From: Atopobium sp.
Lineage (GTDB): Bacteria; Actinomycetota; Coriobacteriia; Coriobacteriales; Atopobiaceae
Direction: 5' to 3'
Length of the DNA stretch: 64,000 nt
Assembly (NCBI GenBank): GCA_015258925.1
Contig: JABZHH010000002.1
Span: 7,775-71,774, forward strand
The notes below the pieces were generated by a model. That model ran no database searches. It saw only the letters and a list, made by a program, of their open reading frames with translations, and was not told where the DNA came from. Below are positions 19,645-28,623 of the stretch, piece by piece. A program made the translations under genes and the position numbers. Every line of letters begins with the position of its first letter. Positions within the stretch are counted from its first letter, which is position 1.

Positions 19645-19659
19645 ATGAGTACGTAAACA
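19645..19659. promoter_or_regulatory. Putative LacI-family operator upstream of the regulator (autoregulation)
   Basis: ATGAGTACGTAAACA, the reverse complement of the other two sites with one mismatch. Confidence 0.7.
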
Positions 19660-19680
19660 AGCAGATAATCGGAGGAATTC

Positions 19681-20709
19681 GTGACTCGCTCGCATAGTTC
19701 TAGCTCAAATAAGCGCTCTGTTTCAATGGCTGATGTAGCGCAGGTTGCTGGTGTTTCTCAACAGACCGTTTCTCGTGTTGCTAATGGCGCTCAGAACGTC
19801 AGCAAGGCCACGCGAGAAAAAGTCCAGGCAGCAATGGAGTCTATGGGCTTTAGGCCAAGCTTTGCGGGTAGGTCGTTGAGGTCTGGCTCGTATCAATCGG
19901 TGGGACTTTGCTTGTACGACATTCGCGAGTTTGGTAACTTAGCCACGCTTGATGGCATTGTTTCTGCAGCTCGTGAACACGAATATGCAATTACGATGAT
20001 TGAGAAAGGCTCCGACGACGGCTTGTGTCTGCAGGATATTTCTCATCGTATGTCCAATCTTCCCGTTGACGGCATGATTATCAGCATGAGCCTTATGGCA
20101 TCAGACTTTGAATCATTTGTGCCGCAGCCAGGCCTTGGAACTGTTCTTCTTACTATGCACGAGCATCCTTATTGCACAACCGTTGACTCAGATCAGTATG
20201 GTTGCTCAAAGCTTGTTATTGACCACCTCTATGAGCTTGGTCACCGCAAAATCCGCTTTGTAGCAGGTCCTTCATACTCCATTGACTCGCAATTTCGCGA
20301 GAAGGGCTGGCGAGATGCCATGTCTGAGTATGGTCTGGAAATTGTTGAGCCACTTGCTGGTGACTGGACTGCTAACAGCGGCTATGAAATTGGTAAAAAA
20401 CTGCGAGAAAACCGTGATTTTACTGCGGTGTATGCGGCAAATGACCAGATGGCGCTTGGTGTCATTGCTGCATTTGAAGAGGTAGGGCTCAGTGTGCCAG
20501 ATGATGTCAGCATTGTTGGTGTTGACGACTCTCTTGAAGACTATCTGCCAAACTTCTCGCTGACAACCGTTCGCTTTAACCTGCTGGAGCGTGGTCGCGT
20601 AGCCCTTGAGCATGCAATTCGTGCATCCGAGCCAGGGTATGAGCCTGAGGCAATTAGGATTGCTCCTAAACTTATTGTTCGTACCACCACAGCAGCACCA
20701 CAGAAGTAG
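19681..20709 (+). CDS. LacI-family transcriptional regulator (likely galactose regulon repressor)
   Basis: N-terminal HTH SMADVAQVAGVSQQTVSRV, plus ANDQMALG and VPDDVSIVG.D; divergent from galM. Confidence 0.92.
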   Translation: MTRSHSSSSNKRSVSMADVAQVAGVSQQTVSRVANGAQNVSKATREKVQAAMESMGFRPSFAGRSLRSGSYQSVGLCLYDIREFGNLATLDGIVSAAREHEYAITMIEKGSDDGLCLQDISHRMSNLPVDGMIISMSLMASDFESFVPQPGLGTVLLTMHEHPYCTTVDSDQYGCSKLVIDHLYELGHRKIRFVAGPSYSIDSQFREKGWRDAMSEYGLEIVEPLAGDWTANSGYEIGKKLRENRDFTAVYAANDQMALGVIAAFEEVGLSVPDDVSIVGVDDSLEDYLPNFSLTTVRFNLLERGRVALEHAIRASEPGYEPEAIRIAPKLIVRTTTAAPQK

Positions 20710-20785
20710 AGAAGTAACTTAAAAAGTCGGGTTTCTCGCCATAATCAGCTATACTGTTCAGGCAATAGTTGATTAGAGGAGTTGT

Positions 20786-21889
20786 ATGTCTGAGTCACCA
20801 AATAAAGAACTAGGCTGGTCAGTTCAGGTTTCTTTGGATACGCATGAGATTCGTGCTGGAGAGACTGTAACTGCTACTCCTAAGATTATTGGTGCAGATC
20901 CTAAGGGCTTCAAATTTCACTACGTATGGAGCTTGAATGACCGCTGGGATGAGGGTTTCTGGGATACCACAGAGCACCAGTTTGGCGACTCAATTCCTAA
21001 TACGTCGTGGACGTACACCTTCCCAGAGCCTGGCCGTTATCATCTCTACATTGATGCATTTGACACACACAACAATCCTCAAACAGTTACCGCTTGGGTA
21101 GTTGTTGCTGGTGAAGACGATTTTATGCGTCCACCACTTCCTTCTGAAGACGCAGAGACAGTTGTTGCGGTAAACGGCGTTTCAGAGATTTTTAATATTG
21201 CTTCTGAGCAGTTCAACTCGCTGAAAGAGTACTTTATTGCTTTTGCCCGTGGCGAGGTTGCTTTCAAAGAGTTCAAGGCCCTTGATGACATCTCGTTTGA
21301 GGTCAAGCGCGGCGAGGCTTTTGGTCTGGTGGGCACAAACGGCTCCGGCAAGTCCACCATGCTTAAAATCATTGCTGGTGTACTTGAGCCCTCTAAGGGA
21401 ACTTGCGAGGTCAAAGGTACTATTGCGCCTCTTATTGAGCTGGGTGCTGGCTTTGACATGGAGCTGACCGCTAAAGAGAATATCTACCTTAACGGTGCTC
21501 TTCTTGGTTACAAGAAAGAGTTTATTGATTCGCACTTTGACCAGATTGTGGAGTTTGCTGAGCTTGAGGGCTTTATGGACATGCCACTCAAGAATTACTC
21601 GTCTGGTATGGTGGCACGTATTGCCTTTGCAATTGCTACCGTTACAGAGCCTGACCTGCTTATTGTTGACGAGACACTCTCGGTTGGAGACTTCCTTTTT
21701 CAGCAAAAGTGCGAGAACCGCATCAAGGAGCTTGTTGCTTCTAATAATGTTACGGTCCTTCTGGTTTCTCACTCTATTGACCTGGTTCAGCGCATTTGTG
21801 ACCGCGCTATTTGGATTGAGAAGGGTAAGCAGCGCATGCTTGGTCCTGTAGATGAAGTTTGTGAAGCTTACGAGCACCTCAAGAGATAA
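20786..21889 (+). CDS. Polysaccharide/teichoic-acid exporter ATPase (Wzt/TagH type) with an extra N-terminal beta-rich domain
   Basis: ALDDISFEV, GTNGSGKST, GAGFDMELT..ENI, YSSGM, VDETLSVGD and VSH; about 120 extra N-terminal residues. Confidence 0.85.
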   Translation: MSESPNKELGWSVQVSLDTHEIRAGETVTATPKIIGADPKGFKFHYVWSLNDRWDEGFWDTTEHQFGDSIPNTSWTYTFPEPGRYHLYIDAFDTHNNPQTVTAWVVVAGEDDFMRPPLPSEDAETVVAVNGVSEIFNIASEQFNSLKEYFIAFARGEVAFKEFKALDDISFEVKRGEAFGLVGTNGSGKSTMLKIIAGVLEPSKGTCEVKGTIAPLIELGAGFDMELTAKENIYLNGALLGYKKEFIDSHFDQIVEFAELEGFMDMPLKNYSSGMVARIAFAIATVTEPDLLIVDETLSVGDFLFQQKCENRIKELVASNNVTVLLVSHSIDLVQRICDRAIWIEKGKQRMLGPVDEVCEAYEHLKR

Positions 21890-21937
21890 TTAAAATTCCT
21901 AACCAAAAGTTAGGTTCTGTACGAGTACAATATGTGT

Positions 21938-22031
21938 GTCTTTAAATGTGGTACGAGATACCCGTAAGGCTCATAGTCATAGTTTTGCCTTTTGGATACC
22001 TTGTGCCTGGTCAGGTGAGGTATCTTTTTTT
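21938..22031 (+). promoter_or_regulatory. Putative PyrR-binding attenuator leader with terminator
   Basis: CTTTAA...GTAAGG stem resembling a PyrR binding loop, then a GATACCT/AGGTATC hairpin with T7 just before the pyrR RBS. Confidence 0.65.
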
Positions 22032-22043
22032 ATTGGAGGCGCT

Positions 22044-22619
22044 ATGGCTCAAGAAAGTTCGCACTCTCTCATTGTGGACGAGCAGTCCCTTGACCGCATG
22101 CTTACACGAATTGCTCACGAAATTGTCGAGAATAACGATTCAATTGAAAACGTTATTCTCGTAGGCATTATTCGCCGTGGAGAAGTTTTGGCTTCTCGCC
22201 TTGCGGAAAAGATTTTGAGCTTTACCGGATGTAAGCCAAAAGTTGGCTCACTTGATATCAGTTTTTATCGCGATGATTTTAGAAGAAACACTGCACCGGT
22301 ACTTCATGCAACTAATATCGATTTTGATATTACGGGCACAAGTGTTGTGCTGGTAGATGACGTTCTTCAGACCGGAAGAACTATCAGAGCAGCGCTTGAC
22401 GCCCTCATTGATTACGGCCGCCCTGAGCGTGTCCAGCTGGCCGTAGTAGTTGATCGCGGTCACCGCGAGCTTCCTATTAGACCTGACTATGTGGGAAAGA
22501 ACGTTCCTTCATCAAAGAGCCAGGTAGTCAGCTTAAATGTTAAAGAAATTGATGGTCAGGACTGCGTCTTGCTGTATGAAGCTGACTTTTCTGACCCCTT
22601 TATTGAGGGAGGAAACTAA
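22044..22619 (+). CDS. pyrR: Bifunctional pyr operon attenuation regulator/uracil phosphoribosyltransferase
   Basis: RIAHEIVE, LDISFYRDD, VLVDDVLQTGRT and DRGHRELPIRPDYVGKN; GGAGG before ATG 22044. Confidence 0.95.
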   Translation: MAQESSHSLIVDEQSLDRMLTRIAHEIVENNDSIENVILVGIIRRGEVLASRLAEKILSFTGCKPKVGSLDISFYRDDFRRNTAPVLHATNIDFDITGTSVVLVDDVLQTGRTIRAALDALIDYGRPERVQLAVVVDRGHRELPIRPDYVGKNVPSSKSQVVSLNVKEIDGQDCVLLYEADFSDPFIEGGN

Positions 22620-23554
22620 TGCTTTCGGTTAAACATTTGATTGATACAAACAGTTTGACTCGTGACGACATCCAGCAGATTCTTGATACTGCTCAGTCGT
22701 TTGAAGCGGTAAACAACAGAGACATTAAAAAGGTGCCAGCACTTCGCGGCCGCACTATTGTCAATCTGTTTTTGGAGCCTTCTACCAGGACTCGCTCTTC
22801 ATTTGAGCTTGCCGAGAAACGCCTCTCTGCTGATGCTCTGAACATGGGAGGTTCAACCTCGTCTGTTGTTAAGGGAGAGTCGTTAGCAGACACCATTCAG
22901 ACCATCGACGCTATGAACGTTGATATGTTTATCTGCCGCGCAAGACTTGCAGGTACGCCACAGAAGATTACCGAGCACACCGATGCGGTTGTCATCAATG
23001 CTGGCGACGGTAAGCATCAGCACCCAACGCAGGCAATGCTTGACCTCTATACCATTCGCAAAAACTTTGGGCATCTTGATGGCCTTAAAGTTGCCATTGT
23101 TGGCGACCTTTCTCACAGTCGCGTTGTTGGTTCTTTGGTGCCAGCACTTAAGACTATGGGCGCAGAGGTTGTTCTGGTTGGTCCTCCAACATTCCACGTA
23201 GACGATCCAAGTTGGTTTGGTTGCTCTCAGACCTCACACTTTGATGAGGTCATTGGTGATGTGGACGTCGTGTACATGCTTCGCGTGCAGCTGGAGCGTA
23301 TGGAAGGAGCGCCTATTCCTTCTCGCCGTGAGTACAACAGACTTTGGGGCCTTGACGAGCGCCGCAGTAAGTTGATGAAGCCTGAGGCAATTATCTGCCA
23401 CCCAGGACCTATGAATCGCGGTATGGAAATTAGCAGCGAGGTGGCCGATTGTGCTCGCTCTCGCATTCTTGACCAGGTCAATGCAGGCGTTTTGACGCGC
23501 ATGGCCGCAATGTATTTGCTTCTGGGAGGAGACTCTGATGGCATTTCTGCTTAA
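22619..23554 (+). CDS. pyrB: Aspartate carbamoyltransferase catalytic subunit
   Basis: EPSTRTRSSFE, INAGDG.HQHPTQ and HPGPMNRG. Confidence 0.97.
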   Translation: MLSVKHLIDTNSLTRDDIQQILDTAQSFEAVNNRDIKKVPALRGRTIVNLFLEPSTRTRSSFELAEKRLSADALNMGGSTSSVVKGESLADTIQTIDAMNVDMFICRARLAGTPQKITEHTDAVVINAGDGKHQHPTQAMLDLYTIRKNFGHLDGLKVAIVGDLSHSRVVGSLVPALKTMGAEVVLVGPPTFHVDDPSWFGCSQTSHFDEVIGDVDVVYMLRVQLERMEGAPIPSRREYNRLWGLDERRSKLMKPEAIICHPGPMNRGMEISSEVADCARSRILDQVNAGVLTRMAAMYLLLGGDSDGISA

Positions 23555-24845
23555 GGGCGCGCGTGTTGTAGACCCGCAGCTTAATCTTGACGCAGTACTG
23601 GACGTTCGTATTGAGGGAGAAACTATTGCTGAAGTAGCAGCAACCGTTGCACCTCAAGAGGGCGATACCGTCATTGATGCAAAGGGAAAGGTGCTAGCAC
23701 CTGGCCTTGTTGATATGCACGTCCACTTTAGAGATCCCGGTTTTGAGTACAAAGAGACCATCGAGACGGGCTCTAGGGCTGCGGTTCATGGTGGCTTTAC
23801 TGATGTTGCTACTATGCCAAACACCAATCCTGTTACCGATAACGGGCCTGCTGTTCGCTTCCAGATTGACCGCGGCAATGAGGTTGGTTTGATTCATGTT
23901 CGTCCTATGGGTGCCCTTACCAAGGGTTCTAAGGGACAAGAGCTTGCTGAGATTGGCAACATGGTTGACGAGGGAGCATCCGCATTCTCTGATGACGGCC
24001 ACGGTGTCCAAAGCGCTCGTATGATGCGCACCGTTATGGAGTACGTTTCCCAGTTTGACCGCGTTGTTGCTGCTCACTGTGAGATTGAGTCCATCAGTGC
24101 TGGTGGTGTTGTCAACGAGGGCCGCGCAAGCACGCGTCTAGGTATGTTTGGTTGGCCAGCACTTGGCGAGGAGCTGGAAATTTCCAGAGATATTGATCTG
24201 TGCCGCCTTACCGGTTGCCCTCTACACATTTGCCACATTTCAACGGGCAGGGGAGCAGAGCTGGTACGTGCAGCTAAGAAGGAAGGCTTGCCTGTTACCG
24301 CAGAGGTTTGTCCTCACCATCTCTTCTTGTCTGAAGATGACATCACTGATACGTATAACACCAACCTTAAGATGAATCCACCGCTCAGAACTGCTGAGGA
24401 TGCGCTTGCTCTTCAGGCAGCGGTTGCAGACGGGACAGTTGATTGTATTGTTACTGACCATGCGCCTCATGCAGCTCACGAGAAGGACTGTGAGTGGGAA
24501 ATCTCTTACTTTGGCTGCATTGGCCTTGAGACCTCGCTGCCTTTGATGGTCACTAATATGGTGCGTACCAATAAGCTTTCTTACACTGGTCTTGTTCGCG
24601 CAATGGCCGTTAATCCTCGTCGTATTCTGCGTCTTGAGCCTGTTAAGATTGCTGCAGGTTACAAGGCTGACCTGACCCTTTTTGACCCAGAAAAGAAGGT
24701 TCAGATTACGACAGAGTATTTTGAGAGCAAGTCCAAGAACTCCGCCTTCATTGGCGCTGAGCTCTATGGTGTTGCAACAGATGTGTTTGTTGATGGTAAG
24801 CGAGTTCTTGCCAATGAAGTAGTTGTTCCTGGAGGGGAAAAGTAA
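23538..24845 (+). CDS. pyrC: Dihydroorotase (type I)
   Basis: DMHVHFRDPG, MPNT.P, KMNPPLR and TDHAPH. Confidence 0.97.
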   Translation: MAFLLKGARVVDPQLNLDAVLDVRIEGETIAEVAATVAPQEGDTVIDAKGKVLAPGLVDMHVHFRDPGFEYKETIETGSRAAVHGGFTDVATMPNTNPVTDNGPAVRFQIDRGNEVGLIHVRPMGALTKGSKGQELAEIGNMVDEGASAFSDDGHGVQSARMMRTVMEYVSQFDRVVAAHCEIESISAGGVVNEGRASTRLGMFGWPALGEELEISRDIDLCRLTGCPLHICHISTGRGAELVRAAKKEGLPVTAEVCPHHLFLSEDDITDTYNTNLKMNPPLRTAEDALALQAAVADGTVDCIVTDHAPHAAHEKDCEWEISYFGCIGLETSLPLMVTNMVRTNKLSYTGLVRAMAVNPRRILRLEPVKIAAGYKADLTLFDPEKKVQITTEYFESKSKNSAFIGAELYGVATDVFVDGKRVLANEVVVPGGEK

Positions 24846-25639
24846 TGCCACTACGTGGAAATGTACAGGTATTTGACTTTACGGTTTTGAGTAATACCCA
24901 GGTTGCCCAGAATCTGTATAGAGCCCAGCTCAAGGTACCAGGTCTTTGTAAGTCTCTAGCGCCTGGTCAGTTTGTAAACGTTAATGTTCCAGGCGATAAG
25001 CGCCACATTCTTCGCATCCCACTGTCCTTCTCGCTAGCTGATAAAGCAACCGATACGCTCGAGCTTATCTACGCAACGGTAGGCGAGGGTACACGCAGGC
25101 TTTCTCAGATGAAGCCTGGTGACGCTAGTGACATGACTGCTCCTTGCGGCCGCCCCTGGCGCCTTAACGCCTCTAGCAAGAGAAGCGTCCTGGTAGCAGG
25201 AGGTGTGGGTATCACACCAATTATCGCTGCAGCGCGCAAGCTTACAGAGCTGGGTGTTGAGTTTGACGCGGTCATTGGCGCACAAACTGCCGAGAAACTC
25301 TTTGGAGAAGAAGATCTTCTCGCCTTGGGCGCACAGAACGTGTACGTCACAACGGATGACGGTTCTAAGGGTACTAAGGGCTTTGTAACAGCAGCTTTGG
25401 AGGAACCTCTAAGTCAAGGTGTTTGGGACGCTGTGTATACCTGCGGTCCAGAGCCTATGATGAGAAGCGTGGCCAAGCTTGCAATTGCCAACAACGTTGC
25501 TTGCCAGGTTTCTATGGAGCGTATGATGAGCTGCGCCTTTGGCGCATGCAACACCTGCAATGTCCCACTTGCTAAGGGCGGCTATGCGTCTGCTTGCATG
25601 GTTGGACCTGTTTTTGAGGCAAAGGAGATCGCATGGTAG
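24845..25639 (+). CDS. pyrK: Dihydroorotate dehydrogenase electron transfer subunit
   Basis: PGQFV, LR.PLS, VAGGVG, CGPEPM and the MSCAFGACNTC...C 2Fe-2S motif. Confidence 0.93.
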   Translation: MPLRGNVQVFDFTVLSNTQVAQNLYRAQLKVPGLCKSLAPGQFVNVNVPGDKRHILRIPLSFSLADKATDTLELIYATVGEGTRRLSQMKPGDASDMTAPCGRPWRLNASSKRSVLVAGGVGITPIIAAARKLTELGVEFDAVIGAQTAEKLFGEEDLLALGAQNVYVTTDDGSKGTKGFVTAALEEPLSQGVWDAVYTCGPEPMMRSVAKLAIANNVACQVSMERMMSCAFGACNTCNVPLAKGGYASACMVGPVFEAKEIAW

Positions 25640-26559
25640 ATCAGGTAAAAATGGCCGTTAATCTGGGCGGTATCCAGATGAAAAACCCTATCAACACTGC
25701 TGCGGGTACCTTTGGCTACGGTTGGCAGTTTGAGGGTTTCTACGACGTTTCTCTGCTTGGCGCCATCACTATGAAGGGTGTTGCTCGCGTTCCTTGGGAA
25801 GGAAACCCAGCTCCTCGTATGTGCGAGCTCAACGGCGGCATGATGAACAGCGTTGGCCTTGCCAATCCTGGAGTGGACGATTTTATCGCCCACACTGATG
25901 ACTACATGAAAGATCTTGAGGGTCGTGGCACACGCGTTATCATGCAGATGGCAGCACACTCCGTGCAGGAGATGATTGACGTTGTCGAGCGCCTTGAAGA
26001 GCTTAATCCACACATCTCAGCTATTGAGCTTAACGTGAGTTGTCCAAATCTTGAGAAGGGCGGTAAGCCCCTCGGTGGTACTCCAGACCAGGCTACAGAG
26101 ATTATGAAGGCAGTTCGTCCTCTGACAAAGCTGCCCATTCTGGTTAAGATGGCCCCCGTCAACGTTGCCGAGATTGGTAAGGCTTTTGAGGCTGAAGGCG
26201 CTGATGGTCTAACGCTCATCAACTCTATTCCAGGCATGTCAATTAACGTCCACACAAGAAAGAGCAGGCTCTCTAAGCCAACTGGCGGCCTCAGTGGTCC
26301 TCTCTGCCATAATGCTGCTGTTCGCATGGTTTGGGAGTGCGCAAGTGCGGTTTCTATTCCTATTTGCGGCGTTGGTGGCGTAGAAACGGGCGAGGATGCT
26401 GCAGAGTTTATCCTTGCGGGAGCTACGGCTGTCTCGGTGGGTTCTGCAAACCTTTATGACCCAATGTGTGCTCCACGTATTCTGAACGAGCTTACTGACT
26501 GGGCAAAGTCTCAGGGAGTATCTGACATCCACGAGCTGATTGGAGCTGTTGAATGCTAA
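25633..26559 (+). CDS. pyrD: Dihydroorotate dehydrogenase family 1B catalytic subunit
   Basis: AAGTFG, GNPAPR, NSVGLANPG, ELNVSCPN and GGLSGP. Confidence 0.96.
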   Translation: MVDQVKMAVNLGGIQMKNPINTAAGTFGYGWQFEGFYDVSLLGAITMKGVARVPWEGNPAPRMCELNGGMMNSVGLANPGVDDFIAHTDDYMKDLEGRGTRVIMQMAAHSVQEMIDVVERLEELNPHISAIELNVSCPNLEKGGKPLGGTPDQATEIMKAVRPLTKLPILVKMAPVNVAEIGKAFEAEGADGLTLINSIPGMSINVHTRKSRLSKPTGGLSGPLCHNAAVRMVWECASAVSIPICGVGGVETGEDAAEFILAGATAVSVGSANLYDPMCAPRILNELTDWAKSQGVSDIHELIGAVEC

Positions 26560-27284
26560 CAGACGAGCAGGCACGCGACGCCGTTATTGTTGCGCTTGAT
26601 TGCACAAGAGAAAGAGCTCTGGAGCTCACCGATCTTCTCGCCGGCCATGCACGCTGGGTTAAGGTTGGCATGACGCTTTTTTATCGCTACGGACCCTCGA
26701 TGGTAGATGAGATGCACGCTCGCGGTTTCAAGGTGTTTCTTGACCTTAAGGTGCACGACATTCCATTCCAGGTCAAAGGCGCTGTCCACTCTGCATCGCT
26801 TTCTGGTGCAGACATCTTATCTATCCATGGCCTGGGAACCGCTCAGATGATCTCTGCTGGTCGCGAGGGTGCAGAAGAGGCTGCAGCAGAGCGTGGCGTT
26901 GATGAGTCTGGCCGCACCAAACTGGTGGCTATCTCTGTGCTTACCAGCATGGATGAGGATGCGCTTCACTCCATTGGCGTAGACGGATCTATTAAGGATG
27001 AAGTTGCTCGTTTGGCGTCTCTTTCTTATTACGCTGGTGCCGATGGAATTGTCTGCTCGCCTCAGGAAGCACAGGAGATGAGAGAGCTTTTGGGACCAAA
27101 TGCGCTCATCGTGACCCCCGGAGTACGTCCAGAAGGTGCCGAGAAGGGCGATCAGGTCAGAATTTCCACACCTTCAGCTGCAATTAAGGCTGGAGCAAGC
27201 AAATTGGTAGTTGGTAGGCCAATTACCTGCGCAAACAATCCAGTCGAAGCATTTGAATCCATCATTTCTGAGCTCAAAAATTAA
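26553..27284 (+). CDS. pyrF: Orotidine-5'-phosphate decarboxylase
   Basis: IVALD, KVG, FLDLKVHDIP, VTPGVR and VVGRPI. Confidence 0.97.
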   Translation: MLTDEQARDAVIVALDCTRERALELTDLLAGHARWVKVGMTLFYRYGPSMVDEMHARGFKVFLDLKVHDIPFQVKGAVHSASLSGADILSIHGLGTAQMISAGREGAEEAAAERGVDESGRTKLVAISVLTSMDEDALHSIGVDGSIKDEVARLASLSYYAGADGIVCSPQEAQEMRELLGPNALIVTPGVRPEGAEKGDQVRISTPSAAIKAGASKLVVGRPITCANNPVEAFESIISELKN

Positions 27285-27447
27285 CGGAAATTGTTGGAAT
27301 TGTGATGAACAGGTGGTTTTTGATGCGGAAATATTAAAAAACCCCTTGTAAATAACGTGTTATGTGGCAAACTATTTTGCTGAAGTGCAAAAGGCACATT
27401 AAATTGAGTTTCGTATATGAAGTACGAAAACGATGTTTGGAGGAACA

Positions 27448-27756
27448 ATGGCTCTACCTACACTTACCGATGAGCAGCGCAAGGCAGCACTTGAGAAGGC
27501 AGCTCAGGCTCGTCACGCTCGTGCAGAGCTTCGCGAGAAGGTTAAGACTGGTAAGGTCTCCCTTAAAGAGGTCCTTGATTCTACCGATCCTATTGCTGAG
27601 CGTATGAAGGTTTCCGCTCTTATCGAGTCCCTTCCTGGCTATGGCAAGGCAAAGGCAGCAAAGATTATGGACGAGCTCGGAATTTCCGCAACTCGCCGCG
27701 TTAAGGGCCTTGGCGCTCGTCAGCGTGAGCAGCTCCTCGAGGCACTGACCAAGTAG
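27448..27756 (+). CDS. mihF: Integration host factor, actinobacterial type
   Basis: ALP.LT.EQR.AALEKA and LPG.GKAKA motifs; pyrF-mihF-gmk-rpoZ synteny; GGAGG before ATG 27448. Confidence 0.93.
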   Translation: MALPTLTDEQRKAALEKAAQARHARAELREKVKTGKVSLKEVLDSTDPIAERMKVSALIESLPGYGKAKAAKIMDELGISATRRVKGLGARQREQLLEALTK

Positions 27757-28334
27757 TGGCTCGTTCAGCCAAACTTTTTGTAGTATCTGGACCGTCAGGT
27801 GTAGGAAAAGGAACGCTTGTCTCTCTGTTGAGGGACAAGCGCCCAAACCTAGGCCTGACGGTTTCGGCTACTACGCGCTCTCCACGACCAGGAGAAGTCG
27901 ATGGAGTTGCGTATTATTTTCTCTCCGATGAAGAATTTAAAAAGCGCGTTGATGCTGGTGAATTCCTTGAGTGGGCTCATGTTCATGGCCATTGCTATGG
28001 CACGCTCAAATCAGAGGTTGATCGCCTAATTTCTGCAGGTCAGTCTGTTGTTCTAGAGATTGACGTTCAGGGTGGACTTATGGTCCACAAACAATATCCC
28101 AACGCCATTCTCGTCTTTATTAAGCCACCTTCATTTGAAGAGCTTGAGCAGCGCCTTAGAGGCCGTGGTACAGAAGACGAGAAGACCATTTCTACGAGAC
28201 TTTCTAATGCGTCACGTGAAATGGAGTATGCAAACGACTATACTGTTTGCATTGTGAACGACAACCTTGAGACTGCTCTCAGCAAGCTCGAGGAAGTTTT
28301 TGATGACTATGAATCAGACGGAGGTCAGCTTTAA
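27756..28334 (+). CDS. gmk: Guanylate kinase
   Basis: SGPSGVGKGT, SATTRSPRPGEVDG and LEIDVQG. Confidence 0.97.
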   Translation: MARSAKLFVVSGPSGVGKGTLVSLLRDKRPNLGLTVSATTRSPRPGEVDGVAYYFLSDEEFKKRVDAGEFLEWAHVHGHCYGTLKSEVDRLISAGQSVVLEIDVQGGLMVHKQYPNAILVFIKPPSFEELEQRLRGRGTEDEKTISTRLSNASREMEYANDYTVCIVNDNLETALSKLEEVFDDYESDGGQL

Positions 28335-28618
28335 TGTCTGTTATTAAGCCTGAGATTGACAGCCTGCTTCAGAAGACTGAGCAGAATCCATTCTTGCTTT
28401 GCTCACTTGCTTCTAAGCGTGCTTGCGATATTAACAATATGCTTCACGGTCAGCACCTGCGTGTAACCGCTGTTCAGGATTTTGATGACATTACTACTGT
28501 TGCAAGTGGTAAAGATTCTGTCTCTATTGCTATGAAAGAGATTAACGACGGTACCCTTGGCTTTGTTAAAGATTCTTTTGACGAGGCAATTAAGGGCGAG
28601 AACACCATCGTTTACTAA
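28334..28618 (+). CDS. rpoZ: RNA polymerase omega subunit
   Basis: P.IDSLL...ASKRA...SIAMKEI; follows gmk. Confidence 0.85.
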   Translation: MSVIKPEIDSLLQKTEQNPFLLCSLASKRACDINNMLHGQHLRVTAVQDFDDITTVASGKDSVSIAMKEINDGTLGFVKDSFDEAIKGENTIVY

Positions 28619-28623
28619 GAGTT

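Noticed and set aside
9907..21889. tRNA-Asn-anchored integrative island carrying the gal cluster
   Set aside because: I saw no integrase, no duplicated tRNA 3' end and no other mobility gene.
21936..22043. N-terminal extension of pyrR in the ORF track
   Set aside because: It overlaps the attenuator and terminator; the RBS supports ATG 22044.
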